NCBI GenBank assembly: GCA_963762565.1
Contig: CAVXLD010000007.1
Span: forward strand, 352,001 to 416,000
Reading direction: 5' to 3'
From: an uncultured Verrucomicrobiae bacterium
GTDB lineage: Bacteria > Verrucomicrobiota > Verrucomicrobiia > Chthoniobacterales > JAFAMB01
DNA length: 64,000 nucleotides
In this document: positions 10,713 through 20,712 of the stretch, in pieces
Numbering within the stretch: the first letter of the stretch is position 1
How the letters are laid out: each line of letters starts with the position of its first letter
Notes under the pieces: model-generated
What the model saw: the letters and a program-made list of their open reading frames with translations, nothing else
Told to the model about the DNA's origin: nothing
Databases searched by the model: none
Translations under genes and position numbers: made by a program

Positions 10713-11182
10713 GCCTGTTGCTCCTTGGGCGAATTCATGAGCACAAAAACCTGGCCGTCCCGCAATGTAACCTGAAGTTTTACCAATGGGCGCGGCGGCG
10801 GACCGGAAACGACATTTCCGTTCAAATCGTAAACCCCTTGATGGCACGGACAAATGAATCTCTTGTCCTCCGGATGCCATTGGACGGTGCAGCCCAGGTG
10901 AGTGCAAACAGCCGAAAAGGCATGAACTTCGTTCTCCGCTTTCTCTAAAATCACGGGACCCGCCGGCAACTGGATGAGCCGAACGCCGTCAGCTGGAATA
11001 TCCTCTGGTTTTCCTGCGGGCACCTCAACGAGTTTGACGGCCGGGATGACCGGATAAAGGTATTCCAGGAACCGATAAGCCAAGCTCCCCAAGCCCAGCA
11101 CCGTTCCTGCGCCGAGAACGATATTGGCTATGAAATCGCGGCGCGAGCCCAAAGCCACTTCGGATGGAGCCGGTTCTTCCAC
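10709..11182 (-). CDS. Rieske 2Fe-2S protein
   Basis: Tat motif SRRDFI, CTHLGC and CPCH boxes, GPPPRPL. Confidence 0.96.
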   Translation of the reverse strand: MEEPAPSEVALGSRRDFIANIVLGAGTVLGLGSLAYRFLEYLYPVIPAVKLVEVPAGKPEDIPADGVRLIQLPAGPVILEKAENEVHAFSAVCTHLGCTVQWHPEDKRFICPCHQGVYDLNGNVVSGPPPRPLVKLQVTLRDGQVFVLMNSPKEQQA

Positions 11183-11196
11183 GAAGCAGGCGTTCG

Positions 11197-11649
11197 TTAC
11201 TTGTACTTGTCGACGACCGCCTTGATCTTCGCTTCCGCAGCAGCCTTTTCCGCAGCCGAGATCGTCGCAAGTTTTGCATCAAGCATCGCCTTCTTGCGGA
11301 CGCTGGAGTCGTACACGAGGAAATCGTAAATCTTAGCGCCTGAGCCACCGTCAATTCCTGAGGCGGGCTTACTCATCATGCGGTGAATGTAGCGCGACCA
11401 CTCGTCTGGCAGTACAAAATCAGAGTTAATCGGGCGGCTCAACTTATGACACTGTGAGCACTTCTCGGTAAACACCGTGTAGTCTTGTTGGATGGCACCC
11501 GGATATTTCGAGACATTGATCGTCGCCGGGCCTTTGTCGAACTGTGCGATCCGAGCGTCAACTGCCTGAGCGAGCGCGAAGCCTGCCCCGATCACGGTGA
11601 CTGCAGACCCTAGCAGGAGGATGGTGGAGAGCTTGATTTTCATTGGCAT
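11197..11649 (-). CDS. Periplasmic monoheme cytochrome c (c551/P840-like family)
   Basis: Signal peptide ending ALA-Q, CSQCH, W...RMM distal Met. Confidence 0.85.
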   Translation of the reverse strand: MPMKIKLSTILLLGSAVTVIGAGFALAQAVDARIAQFDKGPATINVSKYPGAIQQDYTVFTEKCSQCHKLSRPINSDFVLPDEWSRYIHRMMSKPASGIDGGSGAKIYDFLVYDSSVRKKAMLDAKLATISAAEKAAAEAKIKAVVDKYK

Positions 11650-11670
11650 AATATTGGTATTTGCGGTCGT

Positions 11671-13152
11671 CTAAAATCCGTACGAAAGCTGGAAGACATA
11701 TTCGTTGGACGGAGCGACGATAGGGCCGCGGCTATGCACCCATTCGTAGTCGCCTTCCAATAGTAAGGTGTTAGTTAGATAGTAGACGTATCCAACCGTT
11801 TCACGTTGAGTTCTCGTCCCCAGACCGTCATCCACCCAATCAAAGCGGGCGACCAATTGAAGGTTGTTCAAGAACGGGAGATTCATGGTCTGATTTAAAG
11901 CTGCCAGCTTGAAAGCAGGCTGAATCCACCAACCTCGCGGAGCAAGCGTACCCATGTTGCTGGTCTGCCACCAGGTATTGATATACTCACCCTTAATTTC
12001 GAAGTAGGGACTGATGTGCACAGCGGCGTCGGCAACGATAGCTGACCAGTTTTTGTTCCCTTGGTTGTTCCAAGGACCCGTGTCACCCGAAATCCCGAGT
12101 TCCAAATCATAATTAGGTTTCAGCGGGAAGAACCACCCCAGCCGGCCACCGCCACCGACCGACGCGTGCTCATTCGCTGTCGTGCCATTGGATTGAATGC
12201 CGACATTACCAAAATCAAGATTCGGCAACACGTTGCCATTGCTGTCAATGGTTGTCGCTCTTCCGGTCCCGTCTACTGATCCCGGTCCGTTCGTTGCGTA
12301 CACGGAATAGGTTACCATCTGTCCGTTTTGCCCGATCGGAACGGAGCCCCGCAACTGGACGCCAATCCCAGTTTCCGGCAGGACGGCGCGTGGCAATGGA
12401 TCATCCGGTATCAAATTGAGCCAACCCGCATTTCGCTCAGTATAGGTACCCAAGGGCAGCAACATCTCGCCAGCGACAACCGTTACGTAATCATTAAGCA
12501 GATAGTCCAATTGGCCGAAACTGAGACTGATCGATGTCTGAGTGCCGATATTACCTGTTTGCCCGTTCGCCAGCGTTACCGCGCCGTTCTGCAACGTAAC
12601 GTCGAACCCGGCTTCGAAGAGGACGTTGTCTCCAGCCCGATACAAGAAAATCGGCGCGAAATCGGCCAGCGTAAAGGCGCTATGCTGCCCGGTGGTCTTG
12701 CCGAATTGAACCTCTGCGTCTCCGGCTAGAGTGAAGTTATGCGTCGCGAGGGACTCGGGAGAAATCGGAGCAACGGGCTGAATTTGGGTCACAGATACGG
12801 CCTTCTGTTCCGCCGCAGTCGCAGTATTTTGGGCTTCGCCTACCTGTTGCTGGAGTTTCTTTTGCATCTGGGCCGCCGCTTGTGCTTTGCGCTGGGCATC
12901 GGTAGCAGCTTTTTGCGTGTCCCCGACCTGCTGCTGTAATTGCTGGATTTTCTGCTGGTCCTGCTCGTGGATCTTCTGGTCTTCCTCGTGCGTCTGCTCC
13001 AGTTTCTGCATTTTTTCGCTGAGTTGCCGGACTTGTTCCTTCAAGGCATTGAAGTCGTCATCGCTGATCTCTGCCATCACCCGCGGCGGCGAGGACATAC
13101 CCATTACACAGCCAGCAACCAACAGTTCTAAGATTCTGGAACGAATTTTCAT
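11671..13152 (-). CDS. Outer-membrane beta-barrel (porin-like) protein with an N-terminal coiled coil
   Basis: Signal peptide, Q/E/K-rich coiled coil, alternating beta-strand pattern, C-terminal beta-signal YVFQLSYGF. Confidence 0.85.
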   Translation of the reverse strand: MKIRSRILELLVAGCVMGMSSPPRVMAEISDDDFNALKEQVRQLSEKMQKLEQTHEEDQKIHEQDQQKIQQLQQQVGDTQKAATDAQRKAQAAAQMQKKLQQQVGEAQNTATAAEQKAVSVTQIQPVAPISPESLATHNFTLAGDAEVQFGKTTGQHSAFTLADFAPIFLYRAGDNVLFEAGFDVTLQNGAVTLANGQTGNIGTQTSISLSFGQLDYLLNDYVTVVAGEMLLPLGTYTERNAGWLNLIPDDPLPRAVLPETGIGVQLRGSVPIGQNGQMVTYSVYATNGPGSVDGTGRATTIDSNGNVLPNLDFGNVGIQSNGTTANEHASVGGGGRLGWFFPLKPNYDLELGISGDTGPWNNQGNKNWSAIVADAAVHISPYFEIKGEYINTWWQTSNMGTLAPRGWWIQPAFKLAALNQTMNLPFLNNLQLVARFDWVDDGLGTRTQRETVGYVYYLTNTLLLEGDYEWVHSRGPIVAPSNEYVFQLSYGF

Positions 13153-13173
13153 TAGCGTTGGTTGGTTACTCTT

Positions 13174-13506
13174 CTAGTTTCCGGCTTCATCCTGGAGATA
13201 CTTCATGATCTCCCTGGCTTGCGCCGCGGGCAGGTTAGCCCGCACCCGCATGTGGATCATGATGGTTTTCCACTGGGCTGCCGTGAACTCCTTAGGGTAC
13301 CGTTCTTGGTGGCACCGGCTGCAGTTGATGGCGTACAGCGTGGCGCCGGAGAGGCCATTGGTCACCGCCGGCTTCTCCGGTGTAGTTTGCTGCGGTCCTG
13401 CTGAAACGAGAGGGCTGTTGACCACCCAAGTTGCTCCAGCAAAAATCGCGAGGCCGATAGCCAACAGCCGAGGCTTGAATGAACCAACGTGCTTGACGGT
13501 TTTCAT
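13174..13506 (-). CDS. Small periplasmic monoheme cytochrome c
   Basis: Hydrophobic leader, CSRCH, W...HM distal Met. Confidence 0.85.
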   Translation of the reverse strand: MKTVKHVGSFKPRLLAIGLAIFAGATWVVNSPLVSAGPQQTTPEKPAVTNGLSGATLYAINCSRCHQERYPKEFTAAQWKTIMIHMRVRANLPAAQAREIMKYLQDEAGN

Positions 13507-13844
13507 TGGGGCTAGAGTCGTTCTTCGCGTTCGGGGCAAAACGACTCCGCATCGGTGCCGGATGGTATCGCCCCTCGTGGGCTAACGGGGAAATTCCCTT
13601 TTATCCCTAAAGGAACCTACCCTGACAATTTTTCGGGTTTTGTACTCCACCCGAATTGCCTTTTTCTTGGCTTTTCTTGCTTAAACGAAACCCTCAAGGC
13701 GCGTGAGCCTGCGATGACCCGCATTCCCTGGACACTTTCCCACGTTTCGATAAAACTCGGCGCGGCAACAGATAGCCCTGGGCATGATCCGGAATGAAGA
13801 AACTCCGGCCCTCGAACGTTCACATCAGTTCGCTGGTCGCCGAT

Positions 13845-14729
13845 TTAGCTGATCTCAGGCAATCTAGACCGGTATTCTGTCGGAGAGAACCCGACCAGCT
13901 TACGAAAGATCCGGTTAAAGTGGGTAATCGTTTGGAAACCTGCCTCGTAAGCTATCTCGCTAACTCGCAGCCTTTTCTCCGACAACAAGACTTTCGCCTT
14001 CTCAATTCGGATACGGCTCAAGTAGTCAATGAAGGTTAGACCAGTTCCCTGTTTAAATACCCTGCAAAAATGAAACTCACTGACATTGAGGGCATGAGCA
14101 ATCTGTTCCAGCCTAATCGGTTCGGAGTGATGACTCGCCACATAATCTTTGGCGCGGGTAACCAGTGGCGAATCGACATTGGCGTGCTGGAGCGAAATCT
14201 GGTTGGCCACCAATGCCAGGTGTTCGGAGAAAATCTCCAAAAGTTGTACTGCTCCGTTATATAGACTGGATGAAACTACCCGTGAGCCCAGATACGCAGT
14301 TTTCAGGCGAGCCAAGTTCATGTTCGTACCTAGACTAGCTAAACGCGTAGCGATCTTCTTGAAGCGGCTTGGATTCGGAGCTCGCAGGAAGACTTGACCC
14401 GTCTGCAGAAACGCGATGACGTGGTCCATCAGCTTTACCGGCACGCTGGTAACCGTGAGTCCAGCGAAACATTTCGCCGCTCGTGTTTCCGTTGTCTTCG
14501 CGCCCAACGTCTGCTGTGTTTCTAAGCAGCTCGCGCAAGCCTGGTTACTCAGTGCAAGGATAGCGCAAAAAGGATTTTTATATTTGTTCCGAGGGAGGTG
14601 GATTTCCGACTCGTGTCCGACGGATGCGAGTCCCAAAGGTAACTTTGTTGTCTTTCCGAAGGCGACCTGATAATTTTGGTAAATTCGCGAACGGCTGAGC
14701 ACGTCCACGACGTCAGCACCGTTATTCAT
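13845..14729 (-). CDS. AraC-family regulator with a PocR-like sensor domain
   Basis: PFC...C..C...CFAGL-x4-VPV N-terminal pattern; C-terminal double HTH EIAYEAGFQTITHFNRIFRKLVGFSPTEYR. Confidence 0.88.
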   Translation of the reverse strand: MNNGADVVDVLSRSRIYQNYQVAFGKTTKLPLGLASVGHESEIHLPRNKYKNPFCAILALSNQACASCLETQQTLGAKTTETRAAKCFAGLTVTSVPVKLMDHVIAFLQTGQVFLRAPNPSRFKKIATRLASLGTNMNLARLKTAYLGSRVVSSSLYNGAVQLLEIFSEHLALVANQISLQHANVDSPLVTRAKDYVASHHSEPIRLEQIAHALNVSEFHFCRVFKQGTGLTFIDYLSRIRIEKAKVLLSEKRLRVSEIAYEAGFQTITHFNRIFRKLVGFSPTEYRSRLPEIS

Positions 14730-15112
14730 GATATGATCTATACCTCGGGCCACAGCGAAAGACTCATCACGGATTGGTCTGTTCTTATCGCTGGTTGCCT
14801 ATGCAGATTTTGGCCGGGCGACTTGGTTGGTCGTTGCCTCAATTCCCGCGATGGGTAGGTGGTTGAGTGAAGTCGTTGGTCGCGAAGTGCCAACCGCCAT
14901 CTGCGAAACAGCGAGCGAGTCGCCGCTACCAAAGGTCCGATTATGCTTGCCGATTGGACGAACGCTCGCTTAATGCGGATCCATTGTCCGCCAAGACGTC
15001 GAAATTCCGCGGATACGATCACAATCGCCTTGCGCGATGTTCCAGGAAGATCGGAAGCCTCGCCCTGCCAGTCTTGGGCGACCGCATCGAATCACTGGTC
15101 ACCAATCGCGAA

Positions 15113-17893
15113 TCATTTTTTCTCTAAGGCAGCTTGGGCTGCGGCCAAACGTGCAACCGGTATTCTGAAGGGACTGCAACTCACATAGTTTAGGCCGATT
15201 CGATGACAGAATTTTACGCTTTCCGGGTCGCCACCATGCTCACCACAGATCCCAAGTTCGATATCCGGACGTGTCTTGTGCGCCTGATCCCTGGCGAATT
15301 CCATTAGTTTCCCGACTCCCTGCTGATCGATCGTGGCGAATGGGTTATTCGCCAAGATCTCCAGTTCTTGATACTGAGGAAGGAACCCCCCGGAATCATC
15401 CCGACTCATACCCAACGTGGTCTGCGTGAGGTCGTTTGTTCCAAAGCTAAAAAACTCCGCCTCTTTGGCCAGCTCATCTGCAACCATGGCCCCGCGAGGT
15501 ATCTCCAGCATGATGCCAACCAGGTACTTGAATCTAACACTCTGTTCCTTGGCGACCTCTTTCGCTACGCGATGAACGATTTCGAATTGCAGACTCATCT
15601 CTCTGTAGAACCCAACTAACGGAATCATGATCTCGGGTTGCACTTTAATGCCGCTCTTGTGAACTTCGGCAACCGCTTCAAAAATTGCGCGAGCCTGCAT
15701 CTCCGTGACTTCGGGGTAGGCGATGCCAAGCCGGCAACCACGCAACCCTAGCATCGGATTGAACTCACGTAATTCCTCGACTCGATGCGCGATCCGCTCG
15801 AAAGAAACGCTCAATTTCTTAGCCAGATCTCTCTGCTGAGGTTCCGTATTCGGCAAAAACTCGTGCAGCGGCGGATCCAGGAATCGGATGGTCGTTGGCA
15901 GACCTTTCATTTCACGGAAGATTCCGACAAAATCAGCTCTCTGCAGCGGTAGTAGCTTGGCCAGCGCTGCCTTGCGTTCTTCTAGGGTTTCCGCCAAAAT
16001 CATCTCTCGCATTGAATCGATGCGATTGCCTTCGAAGAACATGTGTTCCGTGCGGCAAAGTCCAATGCCGGTGGCTCCGAAAGCGATCGCGACCGCGGCT
16101 TGGTTTGGCAAATCCGCATTGGCTCGCACTTCGAGTGTTCGCACTTGATCTGCCCAACGCATGAGCGAAGCGAATTCCTGGTAGACCTTGCTCTGTTTGG
16201 GATCGAGTTTCTTTTCCACCAGGACCTGTACGACCTCGGAAGCAGCGGTTTTCACTTCACCCGCGTAAACTTCGCCCGCCGTACCATCAATGGAAATATA
16301 GTCGCCTTGTTTGAGGGTTAGTTTTCCGGCGGTTAAGGTTTGAGCGGAATAATCGGTCTGCAGCGCTGACGCACCGCAAACACAGACCTTACCCATTTGC
16401 CGGGCCACGAGAGCCGCGTGCGAAGAGACCCCGCCTCGAGCCGTTAATATTCCCTGCGCGGCGATCATGCCCCGTAAGTCCTCCGGCGACGTTTCGATCC
16501 GGGCAAGAATCACTCTTTCGCCTTTTTGAGCCAATTCGACTGCTTCTTTGGCAGTGAACACCAGGCGGCCGGACGCAGCGCCTGGGCCGGCAGCTAGTCC
16601 GGTTGCGATCTTGGTTGTCTTACGAACGCTTTCCCGATCGAAGATAGGAGCCAAGAGATGACTCAATGAATCTGCCGGGATTCGCCGGATCGCTTCCTCT
16701 TTCGTAATTAGTTTCTCGGCCACCATATCCATGGCAATCCGGACCGCGGCAAAACCGGTTCTCTTTCCGTTTCTGGTCTGGAGGATGTAGAGCTTATTGT
16801 CTTCCACGGTGAATTCGAGATCCTGCATATCTCGGAAATGCTCTTCGAGTTTTGAGCGCACTTGCAATAGCTCTCGATGCGCCCTCGGCATCTCTTCAGC
16901 CAACTGAGCTACTGGGTGCGGTGTACGGACACCGGCCACCACATCTTCTCCCTGGGCGTTGATGAGATACTCACCGTAAAACACTTTTTCTCCCGTCGCC
17001 GGATCGCGGGTAAAAGCCACTCCGGTTGCGGAAGTGTCGCCACGGTTACCAAACACCATGGTCTGGACATTGACCGCCGTGCCCCATTCATGCGGGATGC
17101 CGTATTTGCGACGATAAACGATCGCTCGGTCATTGTTCCAAGAACCAAAGACGGCTCCAATGGCGCCCCATAACTGTTGGTCGGGATCTTGAGGGAAATT
17201 TTCCCCGGTCCGCTCCTTAATTAAGCGTTTGAACCGTTCTACCAGGATCTTCAAGTCGTCTGCGGACAGATCCGTGTCTTTCTCAGCGTTCGCGGATCGC
17301 TTGACCTCATCGATGATGGTTTCAAAGGGATCGTGATCTTCGCCGGCTCGTTTCTGGACACTCATCACGACATCGCCGTAGGTCTGCAAGAATCTGCGAT
17401 ACGAGTCCCAAGCAAACCGAGGATTATGGGTCTTTTCCGCCACGACTTCCACGACCTCGTCATTCATTCCGAGGTTCAAGATGGTGTCCATCATTCCGGG
17501 CATCGAGTCACGTGCTCCAGAACGGACGGAAACCAGCAGCGGATTGGCGCGATCTCCGAGCTTCTTACCTACGGATTTCTCGACTTTTGCCAACGCCTTT
17601 GCGACCTGAGCGGCAAGCTCAGGGGGATACTGTTTTTTGTTAGCGTAAAAGTAAGTGCATACTTCGGTGGTAATAGTGAATCCCGGAGGTACCGGCAATC
17701 CGATCCGCGTCATTTCGTGGAGGCCGGCGCCCTTGCCGCCTAACAGAGGTTTCATTGATCCTTTTCCATCGGCCTTACCATCGCCGAAAGAATAAACGTA
17801 GTGGCTTTCTTTTGGCGTGACGGGAGTGGTTCCCGCAGTCCGCGCGCGAGCGGGCGATTTCTTAGCGATCTTTTTTTTGAGTAGTTTGGACAT
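15113..17893 (-). CDS. ppdK: Pyruvate, phosphate dikinase
   Basis: [25 protein letters not shown] phospho-His, [18 protein letters not shown]. Confidence 0.98.
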   Translation of the reverse strand: MSKLLKKKIAKKSPARARTAGTTPVTPKESHYVYSFGDGKADGKGSMKPLLGGKGAGLHEMTRIGLPVPPGFTITTEVCTYFYANKKQYPPELAAQVAKALAKVEKSVGKKLGDRANPLLVSVRSGARDSMPGMMDTILNLGMNDEVVEVVAEKTHNPRFAWDSYRRFLQTYGDVVMSVQKRAGEDHDPFETIIDEVKRSANAEKDTDLSADDLKILVERFKRLIKERTGENFPQDPDQQLWGAIGAVFGSWNNDRAIVYRRKYGIPHEWGTAVNVQTMVFGNRGDTSATGVAFTRDPATGEKVFYGEYLINAQGEDVVAGVRTPHPVAQLAEEMPRAHRELLQVRSKLEEHFRDMQDLEFTVEDNKLYILQTRNGKRTGFAAVRIAMDMVAEKLITKEEAIRRIPADSLSHLLAPIFDRESVRKTTKIATGLAAGPGAASGRLVFTAKEAVELAQKGERVILARIETSPEDLRGMIAAQGILTARGGVSSHAALVARQMGKVCVCGASALQTDYSAQTLTAGKLTLKQGDYISIDGTAGEVYAGEVKTAASEVVQVLVEKKLDPKQSKVYQEFASLMRWADQVRTLEVRANADLPNQAAVAIAFGATGIGLCRTEHMFFEGNRIDSMREMILAETLEERKAALAKLLPLQRADFVGIFREMKGLPTTIRFLDPPLHEFLPNTEPQQRDLAKKLSVSFERIAHRVEELREFNPMLGLRGCRLGIAYPEVTEMQARAIFEAVAEVHKSGIKVQPEIMIPLVGFYREMSLQFEIVHRVAKEVAKEQSVRFKYLVGIMLEIPRGAMVADELAKEAEFFSFGTNDLTQTTLGMSRDDSGGFLPQYQELEILANNPFATIDQQGVGKLMEFARDQAHKTRPDIELGICGEHGGDPESVKFCHRIGLNYVSCSPFRIPVARLAAAQAALEKK

Positions 17894-18085
17894 AAGACGG
17901 GAGTTCTAAGGGAGATAAAGAAAAAGTTTCCAATCCAGGCTGTACTAACATGAACTAATTGCCTTGCGCCGACATTCCATCGATTGGCAATTGCTCGTCC
18001 TCCCTTGTCCCCCCCTGGGGCGAACTGCTAGCGTTGGTTAGTTTTCCTTGTCGTCAGATGTTTGCTGAGAGAGCATCTTCCAACA

Positions 18086-18645
18086 ATGTGGGTGAGCAAA
18101 AGCATTCATCGATTGGTACGATTTCGGCGGCGGACGCTCCTATTCCTAGCCGCGATGGGGCCGGGGATTATTACGATGATCGCGGACAACGATGCCGGTG
18201 GCATTTCCACTTATGCTCAAACTGGCGTGAGGACTGGGTTCAACTTGCTGTGGGCGTTCATTATCCTGGTGCCGATGGCGTACTACGTGCAGGAGATGAC
18301 GGTTCGTTTAGGTGCGGTCACTAAACGCGGTCACGCCGAGGCCATCTTTGACGGATTTGGAAAGTTCTGGGGCTGGTCTGCAGTGGGGAAAGGGTTTTAC
18401 AGTCCGAATTTCCATTTTAGCCAGACTTTCACCCCCGATCGCGTTGCTGACTTTGATCATGGCGAACATCGGTACCACCATCACTCCTTGGCAGATCTTT
18501 TTTCATCAGTCAGCGGTAGTAGACAAAGGTATGGACGTCGCCGACATCACGGCGGGCAAGATCGATACTTTTGTCGGCTCGCTGATGACCTGTGTAGTAG
18601 CAGTGTTTATCATTATTGCTACGGCCGGGGTCTTTCATTTTAATC
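18086..18645 (+). pseudogene. NRAMP/MntH-like divalent metal transporter remnant
   Basis: GPGIITMIADNDAGG...QEMTVRLG in one frame and ANIGTTITPWQIFFHQS in another; middle and C-terminal helices missing. Confidence 0.85.
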
Positions 18646-19023
18646 TCGATCAGGATCCGAAATGGCGGTTCGAGGAGTTCAAGGAGGGGAGTCAGGAGCT
18701 AGAATCCAGGAGCTAGGAGGTCTTGGGCGAGGGGGGCTCCTGGAGACGAAGAGCTAGGAGACGCTGGGTACATCCGTTCCAGGGGACGCCTGACCCCTGC
18801 AGTAATGGTCTATTTGGTAATCACTCTTCCTTGTTTCCGCTTTCTTACCTCGCGCCTTTGCGGCTTTGCGTGAGATGTTTCTCTGGTCCTAGCTCCTTCC
18901 TCCTTGCACTCCTCCTAGACCTGCCAGGACGTGGTGGCCCGCCAAGAGAAGAGATGAATTGATCAAGCCAGGTGGAGCGGTCGGTCGCTTGTTGGGACAG
19001 CGTTCCGTAACGGAAGGAAGAGC

Positions 19024-19572
19024 ATGATCAGCACAAGCGAAAAAGAGCCCAGCAAAGTTAATAGTCGACCTGCACGTCTGGCCAGATCGCGAGTCCCGTT
19101 TGGAGTGAGACATATCCTCGTGGCGATGGAATCGGATGAAAAGGTTCCGAGAGCGGTCGAGTACGCGAAACGATTTGCACGGCTTTGCCATTGTCAGCTG
19201 ACGCTGATGTCCGTCTACCGGGTCAAATACAGTTTCGCACCGTTGCACGGTTTGGAAGCAGTGAGGTCCATGGAGCAGGAGATGGACCAAGCATTTCAAG
19301 ACCTTGAGAGTCTCACGACGCAAGTCCGGCAAGGCTTCCAAGAGTGCGACGCTTGCTTTCGAGCAGGTATCCCAGACGACGAGATTTCTTGGACGGTTAA
19401 TGCCCTGGGCATCGACTTGATCGTGATCGGGAAACGCTGTGGGCAACCGACGCAGGATAAGTCTGACGGGATTAAGGCGGAGACGATAAGGCAGCGGACC
19501 GGCTGCCCGGTCATAGTGGTTCAGGAAGACAAACGGTCGTCAGGTCCCTCCGGGACGGGCTGCTTTTCCTAA
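19024..19572 (+). CDS. Universal stress protein
   Basis: RHILVA, IDLIVIG, GCPVIVV. Confidence 0.8.
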   Translation: MISTSEKEPSKVNSRPARLARSRVPFGVRHILVAMESDEKVPRAVEYAKRFARLCHCQLTLMSVYRVKYSFAPLHGLEAVRSMEQEMDQAFQDLESLTTQVRQGFQECDACFRAGIPDDEISWTVNALGIDLIVIGKRCGQPTQDKSDGIKAETIRQRTGCPVIVVQEDKRSSGPSGTGCFS

Positions 19573-19631
19573 CAGATTCCAGCCCCGAAAGCTTTCGGGG
19601 CTGGCTGCGTTCATTCAGTCCCTACGGGACG
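19544..19631. repeat. Single arm of the GTCCC-GTAG-GGAC REP family, with a perfect 26-bp palindrome, between convergent genes
   Basis: GTCCCTCCGGGAC ... CCAGCCCCGAAAGCTTTCGGGGCTGG (19579-19604) ... TTCATTCAGTCCCTACGGGAC. Confidence 0.8.
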
Positions 19632-19651
19632 TTAGTCGTAGATAGAACGGT

Positions 19652-20659
19652 TCAAAGAGCCTGAGAGTGGCGCCACGACGTTGCAATCCCGCGAACATAT
19701 TGCGCTCTTTCGAACGCTTCCGGGTTCGGGGATTTCATTTGACTCAAACTGCCTTTCAACTGTTCGACGGAGTCGTATTCGTGTTTCTCTAACCATTCCG
19801 CCAGCTCTTGTTCAATCAAAGTAAGAGAAGGTATGCCTCTCCGTAAGAGGATGGAGCAAAGCATGGTAACGTCGGCCCCTGCCATCAACATCTTAACCAC
19901 ATCCTGGCCGTGATGGATGCCACTGGTGGCTGCGAGGTCCGCCTTTACTCTGCCGTACAGCAGCGCGATCCAGCGCAAAGGCAAACGCATTGCCATGGGA
20001 GTACTTAGAAGAATATTTGGGCTAATCTCGAGCGATTCTAAATCGATATCTGGTTGGTAAAACCGGTTGAATAGAACCAAGGCATCGGCTCCTCGACTAA
20101 CCAACTGTTTTGCCATGTTAGCAAAACTGCTGAAGAAAGGGCTGACCTTTACGGCGATGGGGATCGCGACAGTCCTTTTGACGTGGGAAACGATGTCGAG
20201 ATATCTTCTTTCGACATCGTCTCCGGTTAGATCGAGGTCGGTCGGAATCCAATAGATATTGAGTTCGAGCCCATCGGCGCCTGCCTCCTCGATTCGTTTT
20301 GCATAATCGATCCAGCCGCCGGCGGTGGAACCGTTCAAACTAGCAATGATAGGAATCGAAACGGCTGCCTTAGCCGCCACAATTTCGTCGAGATAGCTCT
20401 CGGGCCCGACCGCTAACTCGTGCATCTCGGGAGTGTAGGTTAAAGCTTCCGCATAGCTCTCTGTCCCGTGAGTGAGATAGTGTAGAAATTGATGGCGCTC
20501 GAACGAGATATGTTCTTCGAACAACGAATGCATAACCACCGCAGCCGCACCGGCGTCTTCCATACGTTTGATATTGTCCAGGCTTTCGCTCAAGGGCGAG
20601 GCAGACGGTACCAGTGGGGTTCTTAGAGTTATTCCCAAATATGTCGTCTTTAGGTTCAT
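19652..20659 (-). CDS. Dihydroorotate dehydrogenase-like flavoprotein (PFOR-associated type)
   Basis: [39 protein letters not shown]. Confidence 0.88.
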   Translation of the reverse strand: MNLKTTYLGITLRTPLVPSASPLSESLDNIKRMEDAGAAAVVMHSLFEEHISFERHQFLHYLTHGTESYAEALTYTPEMHELAVGPESYLDEIVAAKAAVSIPIIASLNGSTAGGWIDYAKRIEEAGADGLELNIYWIPTDLDLTGDDVERRYLDIVSHVKRTVAIPIAVKVSPFFSSFANMAKQLVSRGADALVLFNRFYQPDIDLESLEISPNILLSTPMAMRLPLRWIALLYGRVKADLAATSGIHHGQDVVKMLMAGADVTMLCSILLRRGIPSLTLIEQELAEWLEKHEYDSVEQLKGSLSQMKSPNPEAFERAQYVRGIATSWRHSQAL

Positions 20660-20712
20660 GACAGGTGAAAGTTAGGGGTTAGCAGTTAGCAATTGGCGGT
20701 TCTTGTCGGCAG

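Noticed and set aside
11671..13152. Cyc2-type fused cytochrome-porin
   Set aside because: The porin has no CxxCH; the hemes are on separate proteins
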